From the human T2T-CHM13v2.0 reference genome, Homo sapiens: a stretch of 64,000 nucleotides of DNA. Made by a program: the position numbers and the translations under genes. Positions 12,671-24,235 of the stretch are shown in pieces; positions within the stretch are counted from its first letter, which is position 1; every line of letters begins with the position of its first letter. Location: the NCBI RefSeq assembly GCF_009914755.1, contig NC_060926.1. One strand, given 5' to 3'. A model generated the notes under the pieces. The model was not told the origin of the DNA. It ran no database searches and saw only the letters and a list, made by a program, of their open reading frames with translations.

Positions 12671-13964
12671 ATAGAATACAATCGATTTCTATGATCATGT
12701 GATTAAGGCCACTCTTTAATTCTCATTAGCCCACCCTGATCTCTGGGGACTCTCAGCTTGGAGGCTGAGGCTTATATTCATTTTATGTGATGGGTTAGTT
12801 GTGTTGAGAGAAGGGAAGACAGCATTTTGGGGAAAAACAACAGAAAAGCCTTACATTTAATGAACCTAAAATTTTTACAGTGCTTTATTGTTCTTGTGAG
12901 GCCAAAAGAAAATCTAATATCCCATTTTGAAATCTGGACATGTCTTGTTTTATGTGTCAAAAATGTTTAGAACACTTAAATCCATCGAGATCCCAATGGT
13001 GCCGTGGGCAAAGCACCTCCTTCACCTCCTCTCATTCTCTCTCGTCAGTCACATGCCCTGCTTGAGAAATAGCTGTTAATGTTTTCCTGTTCAGTTCCTT
13101 GCAAGGTGTGGCAGTGTAAGAAAATTGCCTCCAAGGAGCTCAGAGAGCACAGTAGAAAGGTTGACTGGCTGGTTGGGTGTCTGATCAGGCGGCTGGCCAG
13201 GCCCAGAGAGGTGAGACAGAGTTCCGTGGTGAGGGGAGGCTTGAGGTAAGTATGGAGGTGTGAAGCCCCGCCGCACATCCTGGGGACAGCAGTAGAGGGG
13301 ATTAAGTTGGGGATAAGGGAGATGAAGATGGGAGTGAAAGCAGGGCTCAAATGTGGAAAGGGATTCAGTTTTCAGGGTGATAGGGATGTGGAGAGGTACT
13401 GTGGCCATTTTAGTGTTCTAGAAAAAGTGACCTGCGGAGTGGAGGATGTACAGGATGTGTTCGAGGAAAAGACATAGTGGGCGGGAGGACCATGAGGAGC
13501 CTGGGGCTCTCATCCTGATGCAGAGGGAGAGACTGCGTCCTGGCAGGCTGGGGAATACGGAGGTTAAAGACACATGTAAGCACAGAGATGGCCAGCGCAG
13601 GGACTTTCAGATGAGCGGATCACACAGGGTGGTTGACTTGGAGGTTGGAAGTCCAACCCAAGTGAAATGGGGCATCTAGAAGGAGAAGTGGTGTTGGGGG
13701 TGGGTGAATGGGGATGATGGAGACTTGCAGGGAAAAATATCTAATGTTGAGATTGTCATGAGCATGACTTTTGCTGAGTTCCTCTCCCTGTCTCTCAAAA
13801 CGTGGTGACAATGAGGTTTCGCTCATGGGGATTGGTCCTGGGCTTCACCCAGACTTCTTCCCCACCTGCCTGGCTTGCATACATCAGACTCTTGGGTGCA
13901 ATAGCTACTTGTTGAGTTCCCCAGCACATCTCATAGAAACATCTAGTGTCAGAGCTCTCATAGC

Positions 13965-14665
13965 CCAGCATCTCCCAAAGTGTTTCTGAGGATCCCTGGG
14001 CCTGTGAGGTGAGGGGCTGAAAGGAATTCTATGCTTAGCTAAGTTTCGGAAATACTGATACCCAAGTTAATAAAGTTTCTTTTTTGCAGGACTTCTCAGA
14101 GCCTTTAATATGTTCATGTGTGTGTGAATCCCAGAGAAGGGAGATTTAGAAAGTACCATTTCTGTATTAGTTTGTTCTTGCATTGCTATAAAGGAATACG
14201 TGAGACTAAGTAATTTATAAAGAAGAGTTTTAATTGGCTCGTGGTTCTGCAGGCTGTACAGGAAGCATGGTGCTGGCATCTGCTCAGCTTCTGGGGAGAC
14301 GTCAGGAAACTATCAATTATGATGGAAGGCAAAGAGGGAGCAGGCACATCTTACATGGCTGGAGCAGGAGCAAGAGAGAGAGGGGGGAGGTGCTATGTAC
14401 TTTTAAGCAACCAGATCTCACCATAACTCTATTGCAAGAACAGCATCAAGAGCATGGTGCTAAATGATTCATGAGAAACCGCCTCCATGATCCAATCACC
14501 TCCCACCAGGTCCCACCTCCAACACTGGAGATTATAATTTGACATGAGTTTTGGGTGAGGACACAGACCCAAACCATATCTATTTCCTAAAAGCATTGGA
14601 TAATGGAATCCTTTTGGGGGAATACTCATAATAATAATTTTTTACTGGAAGTACTTTAGGGAAAG
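13965..14665. mobile_element. hAT-Charlie MITE (MER103-like), split by MSTA
   Basis: ctcccaaagtgtttc start, gcaggacttctcagagcctttaatatg core, actttagggaaa end. Confidence 0.6.
14163..14581 (-). mobile_element. MSTA-like MaLR solo LTR
   Basis: tgtattagtttgttcttgcattgctataaaggaata...ccaaaccatatc; perfect 5-bp TSD atttc at 14158-14162 and 14582-14586. Confidence 0.93.
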
Positions 14666-14709
14666 TTGATTGTAAGACTAAATCCCTCACAGTGGTTAAT
14701 CATGCTGCA

Positions 14710-15236
<527 letters not shown>

Positions 15237-15248
15237 TAGAGAAATATG

Positions 15249-15441
15249 GGCCATCACGCCTGTAATCCCAGTACTTTGGGAGGCTGAGGTGGGTGGATCA
15301 CGAGGTCAGAAGATCGAGACCACCCTGGCCAACACGGTGAAACCCTGTCTCTACTAAAAATACAAAAAAAAAAAAAAAATTATGCCACTGCACTCCAGCC
15401 TGGGCAACAGAGTGAGACTCCCTCTCAAAAAAAAAAAAAAA
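15249..15441 (+). mobile_element. Internally deleted Alu (Sc/Y-like)
   Basis: Left monomer lacking about 11 nt after ggcca; A-linker joined directly to tgccactgcactccagcc (about 100 nt of right monomer missing); polyA. Confidence 0.93.
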
Positions 15442-15499
15442 GTAGCATGACAGACGCAGCTAATGCTCCTTCATGGAACCTGGCATAGTCTCATCACTT

Positions 15500-17090
15500 T
15501 CTATCTCACCTTAGAGGTAAGCTGCATCCTGAGCTTGGTGCTTACCAGCCATGTGTGTCTTCCATGTGCACTAGTATCTGTGTATAACAGACAACACATA
15601 CTATTGCTTTGCAGCTTACAATGTTGCTGCAAACGAATGGTATCACATATCACACTAGCCATATCCTCCTGAACCTCGTTTTGTCCCTTCAGCCCTGTTG
15701 TTGGGATTTCCATATATGAATAGCTTTCCATGTATGAATGAAATAAAGATGAGGTATACCTCAAGCCATTTAGCCATTCTCCTGGTGATGGACCTTTAGG
15801 ATGTTTGTACCATCTTTGATATTGTAAGCCAAGCTTCTGGGAATATTATTGTCCAGACATCTTGTTGTGTGTGTTAGTGAGAGCTTCTCTACTGAATATT
15901 CCTAGAAAGGGAATTGCTTTCTGGTTATCAGCTTCTCAGGGTACAACAGCTACTTTTTAGGTGAGTTTTTGCTTCTCCACATTCTCACCAACACTCAGAA
16001 TTATCAGGGATTTTCCCACTCTCTTTGCTGTAAAATGGTGTCTTATTGTTTGAATTTAAGTTTTCCCAATTCCTTGTGAGGCTGATATCTTTCCCTGTTT
16101 CTGGCCATTTGTTTTCCTCTTCTGGGACTTATCTGTATTTCTCGTTTTTGCCTAGTTTTTATTTTAATTGTGTTTTTTTCCTAAAAAATGTTTTTTCCTT
16201 CAGTTATTGCCTTTGTTTTTTGATGCTGTTTATGATGTTTTTTGTTACAAGAAAGTTTAAAAAGTTTAATGTGTTATGTTTACCAAAATTCTCCTATGTG
16301 GGTTATGCTTTTTGTGATTTCTTTACAAAGGCTTCTCTACGTAGGAGTTAAAAAGATAGCCTATTTTTCTCATAAAAGTTTAAAATTTGCCTTTCTCCAT
16401 TTAGGCCTTGTGAAATAAAACTAAAATAAGACTCCAAGCTCTCTGTGATTAATAGAGACAGGCTCCCTGTGAATAATAGAGACGCTTCCAGTTTAAAAGC
16501 AGAACCAGGCAGCGATGCGGGCTGATGAAGAATGGTCACATGTCCTTGGTTCTCAGAAAAACCAGCTCCTGACAAACATTTTGCTTTATATCCCCGAGCC
16601 AGAACAGTTCCTATAACCAGAGCCAAAATAAACTGCTTCCAGAACATTCTCTTCCCCACTCCAATCCAGTTGTTTGAAAGAAACTTCTGGTTTTAGGGTT
16701 GGAAACTACTCAATCAGAGCTCGAATATTTGGTTCCATCTGAACTGAACAAGTTTGAATCCTTTTTAGAACAAATGGACCTGATTGAGAACCTGGGCAAG
16801 AACATTCACTCCCTTTGCTCTTCAGCGAGCACACTTTCACTCGTACTGAAGTCTGAGCCTCCCTAATCTGCAGATTGCTTTCAGGAAGGAAAGCTCTCTT
16901 TTCCCTCTGCAGATCTCATGGTATTTTGTTAACAGTCTTTAATTCTTCTGGGGTTATTTTTGTGGGCTGTTAGAGATGAGAATCTGATTTTATTCTCTTC
17001 CATTTAAGTTATCAAATGTCCTAGCACCATTTATTGAACAATCTGTCTTTTCCTTAGTGGTTTGCAAAGATGCCTCTGTCATTTGTTAAG
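15500..17090 (-). mobile_element. Ancient L1ME 3' region, split by an ERV1 LTR
   Basis: ccattctcctggtgatggacctttagg, tcctagaaagggaattgct, ccacattctcaccaacact; resumes after 16934 with ctagcaccatttattgaa. Confidence 0.75.
16409..16934 (+). mobile_element. ERV1 solo LTR (MER89/MER90/MER92-like)
   Basis: TG...CA termini (tgtgaaataaaac...ttgttaaca), near-TSD gcct/gtct, motif aacaagtttgaatcc...ggacctgattgagaacctgggc; subfamily uncertain. Confidence 0.7.
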
Positions 17091-18184
17091 TCTACGCACA
17101 CGCTTGCCTGCCTCCTCCACCGGGTTACAGCTGAAGAAACTGAGTCCTGGAAGAGGTGAGCAGGTTGCTCAATGCCCTGCAGCTGTGGCAGCCTTTCCAA
17201 ACCACACCACAGGGAAGAGGAAGTGCTCTCTGCTGGGATTTTCTTCTCATCTTTCTCTTCTTTCCTCCCTTCCTTCCTGCTGTCTCTTGTCTTTCTTCCT
17301 GCTCCCTTTTTCCCTTGTATTTCTTTTTTATCGCAGATAGGCTTATGTTTCAGCTTCAAGTCCTGTTTTTGTGCATGACGCAGCCATCAGAACACAGCTA
17401 TTCTTCAAGCAAATGTTTTATCAAAAATATGGCTAGGTATATCACATTTCCTTTTCCTGAGCATGGGCTGGCTGGGCTGACCTCTTTTCCATTTAGAAGA
17501 GACAGATAGTTGGGGCTATTAAAATCTACAGCACTTTTCTTTGGCTCCTGGTGATTCATGGCTACTAATCCCTGTGGATATGTTTTTATTTTCTTGGATA
17601 TATTGGATGTGCAGGTGGTATATATTGAAAAAGCCTGTTGTTTATTGACATGAGCCCAGTAAAGACTCTGATTAATCTAAAAAATAAATAGAGAAAAGTG
17701 GAAGGTCACACTCTGGATCAAGAGCTCCAATTATATCCTTGATCCCTGAGTTATTTATTTCCAGTTGAGAGAAATCCTCCCTGTGGAGGCGTCAGGAGAT
17801 AGATGAAGATTATTAACAGGCGAATGTGTGCGGGACTCCTTTTCCAACCCTTTCCTATCCTTGCTGGCCAAATGTGCCTTCTCTAACTCACCATTTTGGG
17901 GACACATCTAGCATTTTCTTTTATAATTCTCTTGTCTTCAGTTGTTTTCAATGGCTTGGAGATATTCTGTCCTTTCCCTACAGCCCTGAGGCACCCGGAG
18001 GGTTGCCTTTTTAGGTTTGCCTGTGACTCGGAAGGGTTGGATGTGCCTGGTGAGGTTCCCCCAGGGAATTTAGGACAGTTTCTCAGCTGCCCACATCCAT
18101 GGAGTCCTTTCCTGGGGGATGTTCAGGATGGTGGCACATGGGTCTTGGGGTGTGTGGCATCAGCAAGAGAGCCGTCCTGACTGT

Positions 18185-18204
18185 GGGTGGGTGGGTGGGT
18201 GGGT
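18185..18204 (+). repeat. (GGGT)5 microsatellite, G-quadruplex-forming motif
   Basis: gggtgggtgggtgggtgggt read directly. Confidence 0.9.
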
Positions 18205-18344
18205 CTCATATGGGGCTGCACCCGTGCATTTGAGGATGGACTGCTGGAGCGAACATGAGAAAGGAAGTTGTATTTTGAGACTGAGGTTGGGTGACTGAGT
18301 CAGACTCACGCCCTTCCTCAGTCTTGCACTCAGGCTCTGTCACG

Positions 18345-18880
18345 GGGGTCCTGCTGCTCACTGCCCCTCCTTCACTAGCGGAGTTCAGGACGAGCATCTG
18401 CTTTTGTCTAGACAATGGAAGGAACTTTCTTGTAAATTTCCCTGGCTCTTTTCTCCCCTCCTGGCTACTCACCCTCAGCCCTGGCTGTCCTAGGGGACTT
18501 CCAAAAACACCAAATGCATCATGCTGCTTCCTTGGTTAAAACTCTTCCTGAAAGGGCTCACCTTTCAAATTGGAGATGACCTGGACATTGTGCACATCAG
18601 TTCTGTTTACATCCTGTGACCTGAACTTCTGTCAGAGGGAGGCTGGGAAGTGTGGCGCTCACCTGTGCTGACTTATGCCCACTGACAAGGCTGTAACCGG
18701 AAGACAGCCAGGGTAGATTTGGTGGTTAACTATCTGCCTCCACCATTGCAGAGGACTCTTTGACATTTGGTGGTGCCCCCATGGAAAGCCTTCCTCTCTT
18801 TCCCATCTCAATGTCACTTCCTCCATGAAGCCTTCCCTGGTTTCTCCCAGTTAGTTGCCTTTGCCACCCTCCCCTCAGCA
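18345..18880 (+). mobile_element. L2 fragments flanking an MLT1-like piece (about 18575-18745, minus)
   Basis: aaatgcatcatgctgcttccttggttaaaactcttc and ctcaatgtcacttcctccatgaagccttccctg (L2); agggaggctgggaagtgtg (MLT1). Confidence 0.55.
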
Positions 18881-18938
18881 CCCTTGTGTTAGCAACCAGG
18901 TTCATTTCTGCCTACATGAAACAAGCCAATCACTGTGG

Positions 18939-19522
18939 TGATGATTTTTTTTTTTTCAAAAGAGAAAAGATTTTATTCTCAAGGCTGCCATGTGAGGAGA
19001 CAGTTGAACAAATCTCAAATCCACCTCCCTGAAAATCGGGTGTGGGGGTAATTATAGGAGAGAAATTGTGGTTGTCTGAAGTGTGGGGAAAGGTGATTGG
19101 TGGGAAAGAGAGGTGAGGTAATAAGGGTTTTTGCACAAGCATAATGGTGCTACATGGCTCTTCATAGGACACATGTGCAGAAAATAAGTGTGTTAGCATG
19201 ATTGGAGGGTGGAACTTTTGGCCTTCTGACATAGAAGCCTCTTTGGGTACCTATGCAGGCCCAGTTGAAGAGTTTGTGGTCCCAGCCGGCTTGAACTAAA
19301 CAAGAGCTGACCGCTAGTTCCCAAAAAACAACCTGAAGCAACTGTTACTATCGTGAAGCACAGTCAGAGATGTTATTTATAAGGAAGCTAGTGGGAGTTT
19401 TAAGATCGACTAGAAATAAGCCATTACCCTAAAACTTAAAGTATAATAATAATAAAATTAAAAAAAAAAAGCAGACAGGAAGGTTAAGTTTGGCAACTTA
19501 ATCAGATTAGCCTCCAGTTTCA
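18939..19522 (-). mobile_element. ERV1 solo LTR (LTR8/LTR26-like group)
   Basis: TG...cagtttCA termini, perfect 4-bp TSD gtgg at 18935-18938 and 19523-19526; tctcaaatccacctccctga motif. Confidence 0.7.
19425..19470 (+). mobile_element. Ultra-short young L1PA 3' terminus
   Basis: taccctaaaacttaaagtataataataataaaatt followed by an A-run is the L1PA terminus; compare the L1 tail at about 59900-59925. Confidence 0.75.
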
Positions 19523-20872
19523 GTGGCATCCCTCCTTTGAGCACAAATTGTTTGTGCTGGAGTCCTTTGTTTCTTGTCTTTTGTCCCAAGTGCACAGCGG
19601 CTTACCTTTTTCATCTTTGCATGTCCCGTGCAGAGCATAGGGCAGGATGCAAAATAGGGCATGTGTCCTATAAGAGCCATGTAGCTCCATTATGCTTGTG
19701 CGAAATCCCCTATTAGCTCACTTTTCCTTCCCACCAGTCGCCTTTCCCCACGCTTCAGAATGAATGATAGGTAACTGCAATCTTGGGGGCCCCTTAGTGG
19801 TCTTTATATCAAAATATGTTTTTTTTAAAGAATTTTTAAAAACGATTTTAAAAACATCAAAGAAAGACTTGTGAAAGGCAGTCTTTATTACTACTGTTTG
19901 TCTTTCTCTAGTGCAGGGCTTCTGAAATCTCACCCAGGGAATATGTGAGAAATAGCTATGGGGCTGTACCCCAGACATTCCCTTGAGTGGGTGTGAGGTG
20001 AGGGCCTGGGGCCCCTGTGGTGCAGCCAGTCCTCAAAGAGAGATGAGGTTGCAGGAGCCCGAGGGAAAATGAACTATAGAGGGATCTTTGTGCTCCTTCC
20101 ATTTAGAGATCAGGATGGGGGCCAAACTGGTGTCTGCCTTCCTTCTCTCTCTACTTTCCTTTTTCTGCCCCTCTCCCAGTGATGACTTTCATTATCCTCA
20201 GTAGCTCAGGGCTGAGAAATTCTAATCAGAAATGCATCCACTGTAGCCTGCAGCTTCCTAATTCTATCCAGCCTCCATGAATACAATCTGTGGTGATTAT
20301 GTTTGATGAATTGCTGATACCTTTGTGATCCTGGATGTGGCATCCCCTGTGGGAGTTGAGCCTATCCCCCGGCTCTCGGCCTCCAGGCATTGGGCTCTGG
20401 GAAAGTTGTGGCTCCCAGCCAGCAGCTGCATCTCACCTGGGGCTTCTGGAGGAACTGCTCAGAGCTTCAAGGACCCTGTGGTCAGGCTCCTCTTTATACT
20501 GCTACTTCAAAGTGACAGAATACTGGCTGGCCACTGTGCCTTTCTGAAAAGGGGTGTAAAAAGAGGATAAGCTCCTTAGATTTTCCTGTGACCTTCCTCA
20601 AACCCATCACTGGCACTTCCAGGGAAAATGGATGATTTTAATGATAAAATATGCACAGGAAGGCATGGTAAAAAGCCAGCCTGCTGGAATAGAAAGTCAT
20701 TGTTTTCCTGGACTCCAGTCAACTTGTAGGGGTCAGAAACTCTAAGGCTGCAGTGGCCAGAGAGGTAAAATACATGAATGAATTTGAGATATTGGGAAGC
20801 AGCAGGGACTGTGGCAAAGTAGCAAGTGTCTAAAGAGCATTCACATTCATCGTCTAAGAAAATACGGTGTTG

Positions 20873-21190
20873 CATATACAAAAATCAACTCAAGAAGGAT
20901 TAAAGACTTAAATGTAAAACCCAAAACTATAAAAACCCTGGAAGACAACCTAGGCAATACAATTCAGGACATAGGCACAGGAAAAGATTTCATAATGAAG
21001 GCACCAAAAGCAATTGCAACAAAAGCAAAAATTGACAAATGGGAGCTAACTAAACTAAAGAGCTTCTGCATAGCAAAAGAAACTATCAACAGAGTAAACA
21101 GACAGCCTAAGGAATGGGAGAAAATTTTTGCAAACTATGCACCTGACAAAGGTCTAATATCAAGCATCTATAAGAAATTTAAACAAATTT
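20873..21190 (+). mobile_element. Internal L1PA ORF2 fragment without 3' UTR or polyA
   Basis: Translates to [47 protein letters not shown]. Confidence 0.9.
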
Positions 21191-21412
21191 GCACCAGGGT
21201 CTGCTTTTAGCACTGTATGAATATTAACCTCTTTAAACTTATGAAGTGGGTTTTATGATTATGGTCCCCATTTTACAGGTGAGGAAACTAAGGCTCAGGG
21301 AGGTTAAGAACCTTGCTGAGTGTTACCCAGCTGGTAAGGAGAAGATCTAGGATCTACATGCAGACAAATGAGCCCCAGAGCTCTTGTTCTTAACTCTCCA
21401 TATTACCTCCCT
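21191..21412 (-). mobile_element. MIR SINE
   Basis: ccccattttacaggtgaggaaactaaggctcagggaggttaag. Confidence 0.82.
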
Positions 21413-21848
21413 AACTTTTCTGATGTCACACAGCTACTGAATAGTAGATCTGGGATAAAAGCCAGGTGAGTCCCATTCCAGACCCTGAACTGGGAGTCCT
21501 AGGTACACTTTGCCACCCCCAAGGGGAAAGACTCGTCAGGTCGAGTGTAAAAAGGTGTCTTTTTAAAATAAGAGATTCAGTTTCGAATGTTTGTTTAATG
21601 CAAACTAGGCAGATAGTGCAGCTAAAACCAGAAAGAAATAAGACCAGACCACAGCAAGTAACATGCATAAAAGGAGGAGTGTGTGGCTCTGGGCAAACCA
21701 GGAGTTGGGTGGGTACAGGTGGGGCAGGTAGCAGGATCCTACTAGGATTTGGAGCAAAGACAGAGCCATGGCAGTTGGAGTCCACATATGTTCCTTCTGA
21801 AAACAGGCATTATTTAGTATGTTGATTATGCACTGTGTTAAAGTAGAG

Positions 21849-22072
21849 TGTATTAACAGAAACTTCGGCGTACAGCAAGGCCAACAGATCGAATTGCCAT
21901 TGAAAAGACTGTTTGTTATTCACAGTTCCCAAGAGGAGGGGGCACCCCATGCCAAGGGGCCACACTAGTTTTAGAACTGCCTCACTCTGGAAGGGGAAGT
22001 CCCTCCAGGGTAAGCAAGGGCCCCAATGTCAAAGCATCAAGAATATAGAAAACAAAAGACAAGGTCAGTACA
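21849..22072 (-). mobile_element. Internally deleted ERVL LTR (MER54/MER74-like)
   Basis: gcaaggccaacagatc...gccattgaaaagactgtttgttattcacagttcccaagaggagggggca and gggaagtccctccagggtaagcaagggccc...gtaca. Confidence 0.65.
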
Positions 22073-22440
22073 CCGACCTTGGTCTGACTTCTCTCCAGGG
22101 CATAGTATTACTGCCTACTTTGGGCCTTAACCTATTTGCAATTCATTTTTTTCTGGACATTTTGCTGCAAAGGCTGAGCATATCATGAGACTCCTCCCTC
22201 ATGTGATTCTTGGGCTCAGCATGGGCTGGCTGCATGGTGAAGGGACATGTGACTTTGCTTCACCCATGCCCAGATGCATTACTGTGCACCCCCGGCCTCT
22301 CCTGGTGTCTCGGTGCCCAGGGACTGGAGCCGGGCCAAGGGCAGGTCGTCATTCTGTTGTGGGGAACAAGCACTGCCCATTGGAGTCCACACCAAGGCAG
22401 GCACCATTCACTCTGTAGGTTTGTGTATTTATTATAATAA

Positions 22441-22460
22441 GCTTCCAGCAGATGGCAGTA
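22441..22460 (+). promoter_or_regulatory. Candidate CTCF site
   Basis: ccagcagatggcag (22445-22458) fits the CCASYAGRKGGCRS core at every position, in non-repeat DNA; motif only. Confidence 0.5.
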
Positions 22461-22754
22461 AAGCGTCGTGATCTAACAAAGTCTATTAGGATGATGTTTC
22501 TGACAAACAGAAAGTGCCTGTAGGGTGCACTCTGCTCCGAAAGGGTCCACGCCCAGTGGCCCAGCAGTCCGGTCTCAGAGGCCACCGTGCATTATCCCAC
22601 TCTGCAGGGTCTGCAGCTACACCTCTGTTATCCAGGAAGAGATGGCTTCTCTGCTTAGCCCCAAGGCAACGTTCCCTGCGGTTTTACAGCAGCCTCCCTT
22701 TGGACTCTGCTATCTGAGCCCTGGGAGGGAGCACTGAGGTCCTGGAAGGTCACA

Positions 22755-22836
22755 GGGGGGTGCCACATACTTCAAGGGGAGTGTCACATACTTCAAGGGG
22801 AGTGCCACATACTTCAAGGGGGGCAGCACTTGAAGT
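22755..22836. repeat. 21-bp minisatellite, 3 copies plus a degenerate partial copy
   Basis: Unit ggggagtgccacatacttcaa at 22755-22775, 22776-22796, 22797-22817. Confidence 0.9.
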
Positions 22837-23545
22837 CTGAGGTCCTGACAGCCAGGGGGAGAGGGAGGACTCTGGAACCTGACAGGCATAGCAGGTATGA
22901 GGTGATGGCTTAATGAGTCCTGCACCAGGGAGGGACCAGGCCTCTAATGGATTAGATCCAACTACTTGGACACTTAATGAAAGGGGGGACAAGGAATGCG
23001 TGGCCTTGTCCTGTGCTCTTTTCTGCCAGGGGTGTTGCTGACGTGGAGGGGGTGGTGATGGAGCCAGGCCAGAGCCCCCTGGCTCTTGCTGTGCCCCGGC
23101 CTAGGGCAGGGCCATTGGTGTTGTAACATCAGGCTCTGGGTCCCTCTTGGGGAGGAGCTGTCTTTGGGAAAAGTCTTGAAACACCACTGAGAAAGAGGGT
23201 GCTAGAGGGGTCTCAGGTCACAAAAAGGATGTTAAACTGCTTTTAATGAGACAATGAGGACGATTTGTTTTATATCCTTTGAAAGAGGAGAGGTGAGGAA
23301 GGAGGCCGGAGGAAGAGGAGGGAGTAGCAGGCAAGATGGGGAAACCTGGAGTTCCAGCCAGTGCGGGTGCTGTCCGGACAATGGCCTCTGGGCGCGGGTC
23401 AGCGAGAGGGAACAGGAATGCCTGACACCTGATTCGGAGTTGACTGGGCTGCATGCTGTGGGAGCCGGCCCCATGGACACCCCTCCCCTCGTCTTCAGTG
23501 AAGTTTACTTGCCAAAGTTTCACATGAAAGTTTTGTGTTATGTGC

Positions 23546-23556
23546 TGTGTGTGTAC

Positions 23557-23596
<40 letters not shown>
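23546..23596. repeat. Compound (GT)n(GA)n microsatellite
   Basis: Read directly. Confidence 0.95.
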
Positions 23597-24077
23597 ACTG
23601 GGGAAAGCCTCAGTTCACATCTGGACCAGGTGATGTGGCACAGAATAGAGGAGGCATGAGTGGAAGACAGCCCAGAAGCTGCCTGGGCCGTGCCCCTGGA
23701 AGTCCCTCGGGATTCTGCAAAATCCTGGTGAAGGCTCCACACACTGGAATTAGGGATTTTATTCACTTTTACCCAGATGTCGAGAGTTTGGGTTGTTCCA
23801 GTAGATATTGGAGTCACACTGATAGCTATGTACGTGGAAGGGCTTTTGGAGGCCCTCCTGATCTGTCAAGGTGTCTGTACACATGCAATGTTCCTGAGCC
23901 GAGCAAATATGAAAGATGGTCCACCCCATGCCCCCAACAAAAGTGTCCTATCAGTTAGAAGAGTTTACTGCTATCATTGTCTCTTCAGCCACAATGACAC
24001 TGAGGAGAAGCATTCAAGTAGATTCAATTCTTTAATAGATACACTTTTTAAGAAATGAATTTTGAATGGCTTTATAT

Positions 24078-24235
24078 TCGCTCATTCATTCACTGACTGA
24101 TTCCATGTATTAGCACCTAATGTGTGCTGAGAACTGGCCTAGGCACTGGGGAGCCATGGAGAAGGTGGCTGCCCTTAAGCAGATTTCAGGATGTAGGGGT
24201 GGGGTTGATCAGAGTAACAAGAATATAGCAGCTCA
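24078..24235 (-). mobile_element. L2 3' end
   Basis: ctcattcattcactgactgattc...tagcacctaatgtgtgctgagaactggcctaggcactgggga. Confidence 0.68.

Noticed and set aside
13100-13760. Purine-rich stretch resembling an internal L2 fragment on the minus strand
   Set aside because: Too diverged to assign or bound by eye
22755-22836. CRISPR-like array or coding repeat (PLKYVAL x3)
   Set aside because: Units are contiguous with no spacers, there are no cas genes and the context is primate; the peptide repeat merely reflects a unit length divisible by 3
23218-23958. Longest non-L1 ORFs (234 aa plus, 199 aa minus)
   Set aside because: They run through a (GT)n(GA)n microsatellite, show no recognisable domain and overlap on both strands as chance GC-rich ORFs do
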